From contig JANPFP010000212.1 of assembly GCA_031423495.1 (NCBI GenBank), forward strand, positions 9,466 through 73,465: a stretch of 64,000 nt of DNA, in the 5' to 3' direction. This DNA comes from Acidobacteriota bacterium. GTDB lineage: Bacteria > Acidobacteriota > Blastocatellia > RBC074. Positions 60,936 through 64,000 of this stretch are shown here, piece after piece. Position numbers and translations under genes: made by a program. The notes under the pieces are model-generated. The model was given only the letters and a program-made list of their open reading frames with translations, was not told the origin of the DNA and did no database searches. The first letter of the stretch is position 1; the number at the start of each line of letters is the position of its first letter.

Positions 60936-61063
60936 ATTTCCTCCTTTGTGCGTTGGCGTTGCAACGCGGCTGAAGCAAACCACTGACTGGCAATCAATCC
61001 CAGCGGCAGCGCGAGAATGATCAGCAGCATGAATAAACAAACCATCGTCAAAACATTGTTCAT
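60926..61063 (-). CDS. 45-aa hydrophobic micro-protein (MNNVLTMVCLFMLLIILALPLGLIASQWFASAALQRQRTKEEMCD)
   Basis: ATG 61063 after GAGGGG; single predicted TM; stop overlaps the GTG start/RBS of the downstream gene (coupling). Confidence 0.45.
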   Translation of the reverse strand: MNNVLTMVCLFMLLIILALPLGLIASQWFASAALQRQRTKEEMCD

Positions 61064-61087
61064 CACAAAACCCCTCAATCATTGCGG

Positions 61088-61192
61088 CTAGTTGACGATC
61101 TCATTCAATACGCCGTGTACCGCCCAGGCGATAACGCCGACAGCGCAGAGAAACATGGCCGCGCACAGTGCCAATACAACAATGACCATCAT
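61088..61192 (-). CDS. 34-aa hydrophobic micro-protein (MMVIVVLALCAAMFLCAVGVIAWAVHGVLNEIVN)
   Basis: GGAGA RBS 4 nt before ATG 61192; single predicted TM; lies 10 nt after the upstream gene stop. Confidence 0.45.
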   Translation of the reverse strand: MMVIVVLALCAAMFLCAVGVIAWAVHGVLNEIVN

Positions 61193-61201
61193 CGTTTCTC
61201 C

Positions 61202-61618
61202 TTAATCAGCAAGCGCGTAGGCCAAAATGAAAAGCGTCAGCAGAGTCGCGCCGACGCCAATGCCAATGCCAATCGCAATGGCGGCTCCGGTTGAAAGGTT
61301 CTTGCCCTGCGCTTGCATAACGTTCGGATAAGGCACTTCAGTCGCAGCGCCTGTCTTGGCGTCGGTGATCGTGAACGAATCAGCGCCCGCCTGACTGACG
61401 TAACCCGACAGTTTGGTTTTGTCGCGCAGTTTGATTTTGATATTGGCCTCAGGGCCGGTGCCGAGCTTGCTGATAGAGACTTTGATTTTTGCTACGCGCG
61501 CGGCCTCTTTTGCTTCAGGCGTAACAGTCGCCGCAAAGGCAGGTACGGCCAACAGCGCGTAAAGCAACGCGCCGATCAAAGTGAGTGATAGAGATTTTTG
61601 CGTATGGGATTTGAACAT
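61202..61618 (-). CDS. secreted/membrane-anchored hypothetical protein (signal peptide + C-terminal glycine-zipper TM)
   Basis: Start set at ATG 61618 with GGAGGTG RBS; MFKSHTQKSLSLTLIGALLYALLAVPAFA signal; C-terminal …GAAIAIGIGIGVGATLLTLFILAYALAD. Confidence 0.6.
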   Translation of the reverse strand: MFKSHTQKSLSLTLIGALLYALLAVPAFAATVTPEAKEAARVAKIKVSISKLGTGPEANIKIKLRDKTKLSGYVSQAGADSFTITDAKTGAATEVPYPNVMQAQGKNLSTGAAIAIGIGIGVGATLLTLFILAYALAD

Positions 61619-61728
61619 TTTGACCACCTCCGCCCCGTTCAAAAAATTCTTGCGCCGTGCCAGTTCGCCGCTTGGCGTTGCACACGGCGCAAGGTTCTTA
61701 AATATCCTCAACGGTTGCGTGATGGCTT

Positions 61729-61746
61729 AAAGCAAGGGCGATGCCA
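61729..61746 (-). promoter_or_regulatory. sigma54 (-24/-12) promoter TGGCAT-N5-TTGCT driving the secreted-protein operon
   Basis: Minus strand reads cTGGCATcgcccTTGCTtta, exact match to the TGGCAC-N5-TTGCW spacing; ~110 nt upstream of the 61618 start; adjacent sigma54-dependent activator gene. Confidence 0.6.
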
Positions 61747-61804
61747 GAGGCGAGTTAACAGGTTCTGGAAATTCTGGAAGCTCCAACGGAGCGCGGGAAT
61801 ATAG

Positions 61805-61937
61805 CCCAGGGTGAAGCCCTGGGTTAGGTGGCGATAAATAACAAAAGCCCTGAAAGGGCGTGATAAATCGTTGGCTATCACGCCCTTTCAGGGCTTTTTG
61901 AAATTTCGGTTGCGTAACCCAGGGCTGACACCCTGGG
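61805..61937. promoter_or_regulatory. two dyad elements CCCAGGG-N5/6-CCCTGGG (61805-61823, 61918-61937) flanking the terminator; candidate enhancer (UAS) sites for the NtrC-family activator
   Basis: cccagggtgaagccctggg and cccagggctgacaccctggg read directly; located 60-190 bp upstream of the sigma54 promoter. Confidence 0.35.
61843..61900. terminator. strong bidirectional rho-independent terminator (19-bp stem) after the response-regulator gene
   Basis: gccctgaaagggcgtgata…tatcacgccctttcagggc flanked by aaaa/ttttt. Confidence 0.7.
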
Positions 61938-62037
61938 CTATTTTATTTTGCCCCGTTGGGGCACTCAGAAGTTCTCGTTTGACGTTTGATTGCCAACTAA
62001 AAACTATCGCGCAGCGTTTGCCTGTCAGCCGAAGCTG

Positions 62038-63507
62038 TCACTCGTCATCGGAATCTGGCGCTTCGTCGCCAAAGACGTAGCGGCGTGTGAGTCCCAAATC
62101 TTTGAGTTTTTGTTGGAGGCTTTGGCGATGCATGCCTACGCGCTCAGCGGCGCGGGTGACGTTGCCGCCGGTTTCCTGCAGGCAGCGTTCGATATATGCG
62201 CGTTCGAATTCGCGGCGGGCTTCGCGGAAGTCGGCGAGAAACGGAATCTGTAGCGCGTTATCATCGGCAGGTTGGGACGGTTCGATTTTGGTTGGTGATG
62301 CGAGTGAAGCAACCGCCACTTGCGGCTTGGCGGATTCCTGCGTGAGTTCGGCAGGCAGGTCGCTCACCTGCAGACTCTCGCCATCGGTCAGCACGACGCT
62401 GCGTTCGAGCGCGTTGCGCAATTCGCGTACGTTGCCGGGCCAGTCATAAGCGATGAGGCGTTGCATGGCTGCGGCGCTGATCTCGGTGCATTTGAGTTGA
62501 TAGCGCGCGGCGTAACTCTGCAAAAAATGTGTCGCCAGCAACGGGATGTCTTCGCGACGCTCGCGCAGGGGCGGCAGCTCGAGTTCGACTACGCGCAAAC
62601 GGTAAAAGAGGTCGGCGCGAAACGTGCCCGCGTCAACGGCCTGTTGCAAGTCGCGGTTGGTGGCGCTGACGACGCGCACGTCAACTGATACGGTTTGCGA
62701 ACTGCCGAGGCGTTCGATCTTGCGTTCTTCAAGTACGCGCAAGAGCTTGGCTTGCGTGTTCAAACTCATATCGCCGATTTCGTCGAGAAAGATCGTGCCG
62801 CCGTGCGCGAGTTCGAACTTGCCTTTGCGTTGCGCGGCGGCTCCGGTGAAGGCACCTTTTTCGTGGCCGAACAGTTCCGATTCGATCAACTCGGAAGGCA
62901 GCGCGGCGCAATTCATCGCAATGAATTCGCCTTTGCGGCGCGCCTGGCTCTGTTCGTGAATGGCGCGCGCTACGAGTTCCTTGCCCGTACCCGATTCGCC
63001 GCGAATCAGCACCGTGACATCGGTCGCGGCTACCTTGTTAATCAAATCGTAAATGCGCCGCATCGGTTCACTGGTGCCGAGCAAATCGCCCACGCCCCGC
63101 GCGGCTTTGAGCGCAGCGCGCAGTTGCTCGTTCTCGCGTTTGAGCGAACGCGTTTCGAGCGCGTTTTTGACGACGAGGCGGAGTTCGTCCACTTCAAAAG
63201 GCTTGGCGAGATAATCGTAAGCGCCCGCCTTGATGGCTTCGACGGCCGTGCGTTCGTTGCCGTGCGCGGTAAGCATTACGACAGGTGGCGCATCGGGTTG
63301 CGTTTGCAGTTCGCGCAAATAATCGAGCCCGCTCACACCGGGCAGATTGATGTCGAGCAAGAGCAAATCAGGTTTGTCGGCGGCGATGAGTTGGCGAGCT
63401 TCCGGCACAGAACCGGCTTCACGGATAGCGTAATTTTTCAGCGCGCGTTGCATGCCGTAACGCGCAGCTTCTTCGTCGTCAATAATGAGAATTTTGGCTT
63501 CAGACAT
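62038..63507 (-). CDS. sigma54-dependent Fis-family response regulator (NtrC-like)
   Basis: Receiver domain (ILIIDDEEAARYG…DLLLLDINLPGVSGLD), AAA+ sigma54-interaction domain (GESGTGKELVARAIH, GAFTGA), C-terminal Fis-type HTH. Confidence 0.9.
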   Translation of the reverse strand: MSEAKILIIDDEEAARYGMQRALKNYAIREAGSVPEARQLIAADKPDLLLLDINLPGVSGLDYLRELQTQPDAPPVVMLTAHGNERTAVEAIKAGAYDYLAKPFEVDELRLVVKNALETRSLKRENEQLRAALKAARGVGDLLGTSEPMRRIYDLINKVAATDVTVLIRGESGTGKELVARAIHEQSQARRKGEFIAMNCAALPSELIESELFGHEKGAFTGAAAQRKGKFELAHGGTIFLDEIGDMSLNTQAKLLRVLEERKIERLGSSQTVSVDVRVVSATNRDLQQAVDAGTFRADLFYRLRVVELELPPLRERREDIPLLATHFLQSYAARYQLKCTEISAAAMQRLIAYDWPGNVRELRNALERSVVLTDGESLQVSDLPAELTQESAKPQVAVASLASPTKIEPSQPADDNALQIPFLADFREARREFERAYIERCLQETGGNVTRAAERVGMHRQSLQQKLKDLGLTRRYVFGDEAPDSDDE

Positions 63508-63540
63508 TTCGTAGCTCGCAGTTAAAAGATTGTTCCCGTT

Positions 63541-64000
63541 TCACTTTAGCACATCCAAAATCGGCAGCGTCACGGCAAACCTTGTACCGCATTCCCCACT
63601 GAGCGGACTCACGCATTGAATCGCACCTCCTAACTCGCGCACGCGCCGCGCGACGATTGCCAAACCCAATCCCGTACCGCGCTGCGTGGTCGTAAAAAAC
63701 GGTTCAAAGATTTTGCTTTGCTGTTCCGCCGGAATGCCTTCACCTTCGTCACTGACGGTGAATTGCCAGCGCGCGTCATCAAGGCTTTCGGAAAGTTTGG
63801 CGCTCGCAATCGTTACCGTGCCAGCTTGTCGCATTGCTTGCACGCCGTTGAGCGTGAGGTTGAGCAGAACTTCTTTGAGCGCCGCCACCGTAGCGCCGTC
63901 GAGTTGCGGATCGATTGACAAGTCGAGTGTGAGTTGCACTTCGCGTTCGGCGGCCTGGTTGCGCGCGAGCGTGACAACGGTCTCAGCCAGTTCAGAAAAC
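63541..64000 (-). CDS. sensor histidine kinase, C-terminal part (gene continues beyond window end)
   Basis: HATPase_c motifs (…NLTLNGVQAM…, DEGEGIP, GTGLGLAIV); frame remains open upstream of 63939 to the window edge. Confidence 0.8.
   Translation of the reverse strand, partial: FSELAETVVTLARNQAAEREVQLTLDLSIDPQLDGATVAALKEVLLNLTLNGVQAMRQAGTVTIASAKLSESLDDARWQFTVSDEGEGIPAEQQSKIFEPFFTTTQRGTGLGLAIVARRVRELGGAIQCVSPLSGECGTRFAVTLPILDVLK

Noticed and set aside
62695-63525. 276-aa plus-strand ORF
   Set aside because: Antisense to the well-supported NtrC-family regulator.

Overview
High-GC (about 58-62%) chromosomal segment that looks Acidobacteria-like: it encodes a giant secreted protein ending in a Solibacter-type C-terminal domain, an SBBP beta-propeller/FG-GAP protein, and an ECF42-type sigma factor with its YCII partner. 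Layout, low to high coordinate: (1) 0-4.8 kb housekeeping genes (SAM methyltransferase, cupin, NagB-like deaminase, TPR/transglutaminase-like pair, trans-sulfuration PLP enzyme). (2) 5-11.2 kb one 2060-aa secreted metzincin-like protease carrying about 11 tandem BACON-like domains. (3) 12.2-17 kb the ECF42 sigma/YCII pair and a 1000-aa beta-propeller surface protein. (4) 17.2-46 kb a roughly 29-kb, 21-gene, single-strand (minus) exopolysaccharide/O-antigen-type megaoperon: Wza, Wzc, two AsnB-type amidotransferases, about 14 GT2/GT4 glycosyltransferases, a Wzy-like polymerase, a heparinase II/III-like protein, a bi-domain oxidoreductase and a WecA-like priming transferase, with a low-GC variable core. 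(5) 46-51 kb BMP lipoprotein, MFS transporter, DnaJ-domain protein, ThiG. (6) 51-56.5 kb accessory-looking stretch: an orphan PD-(D/E)xK-motif protein bracketed by two repeat families, small stress-type proteins, an XRE HTH regulator and a MazEF-like TA pair. (7) 56.5-59.6 kb xylose isomerase and an AP-superfamily phosphatase. (8) 59.6-64 kb the most interesting module: a histidine kinase plus sigma54-dependent NtrC-family response regulator, then a bidirectional terminator, then a consensus sigma54 promoter (TGGCAT-N5-TTGCT) flanked by CCCAGGG-N5/6-CCCTGGG palindromes, driving an operon of three uncharacterised secreted proteins and two unannotated 34/45-aa hydrophobic micro-ORFs. Two dispersed structured repeat families were found: a 19-23 bp palindrome occurring in pairs, and a ~110-bp hairpin with compensatory stem changes. 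No tRNA, rRNA or CRISPR was detected.
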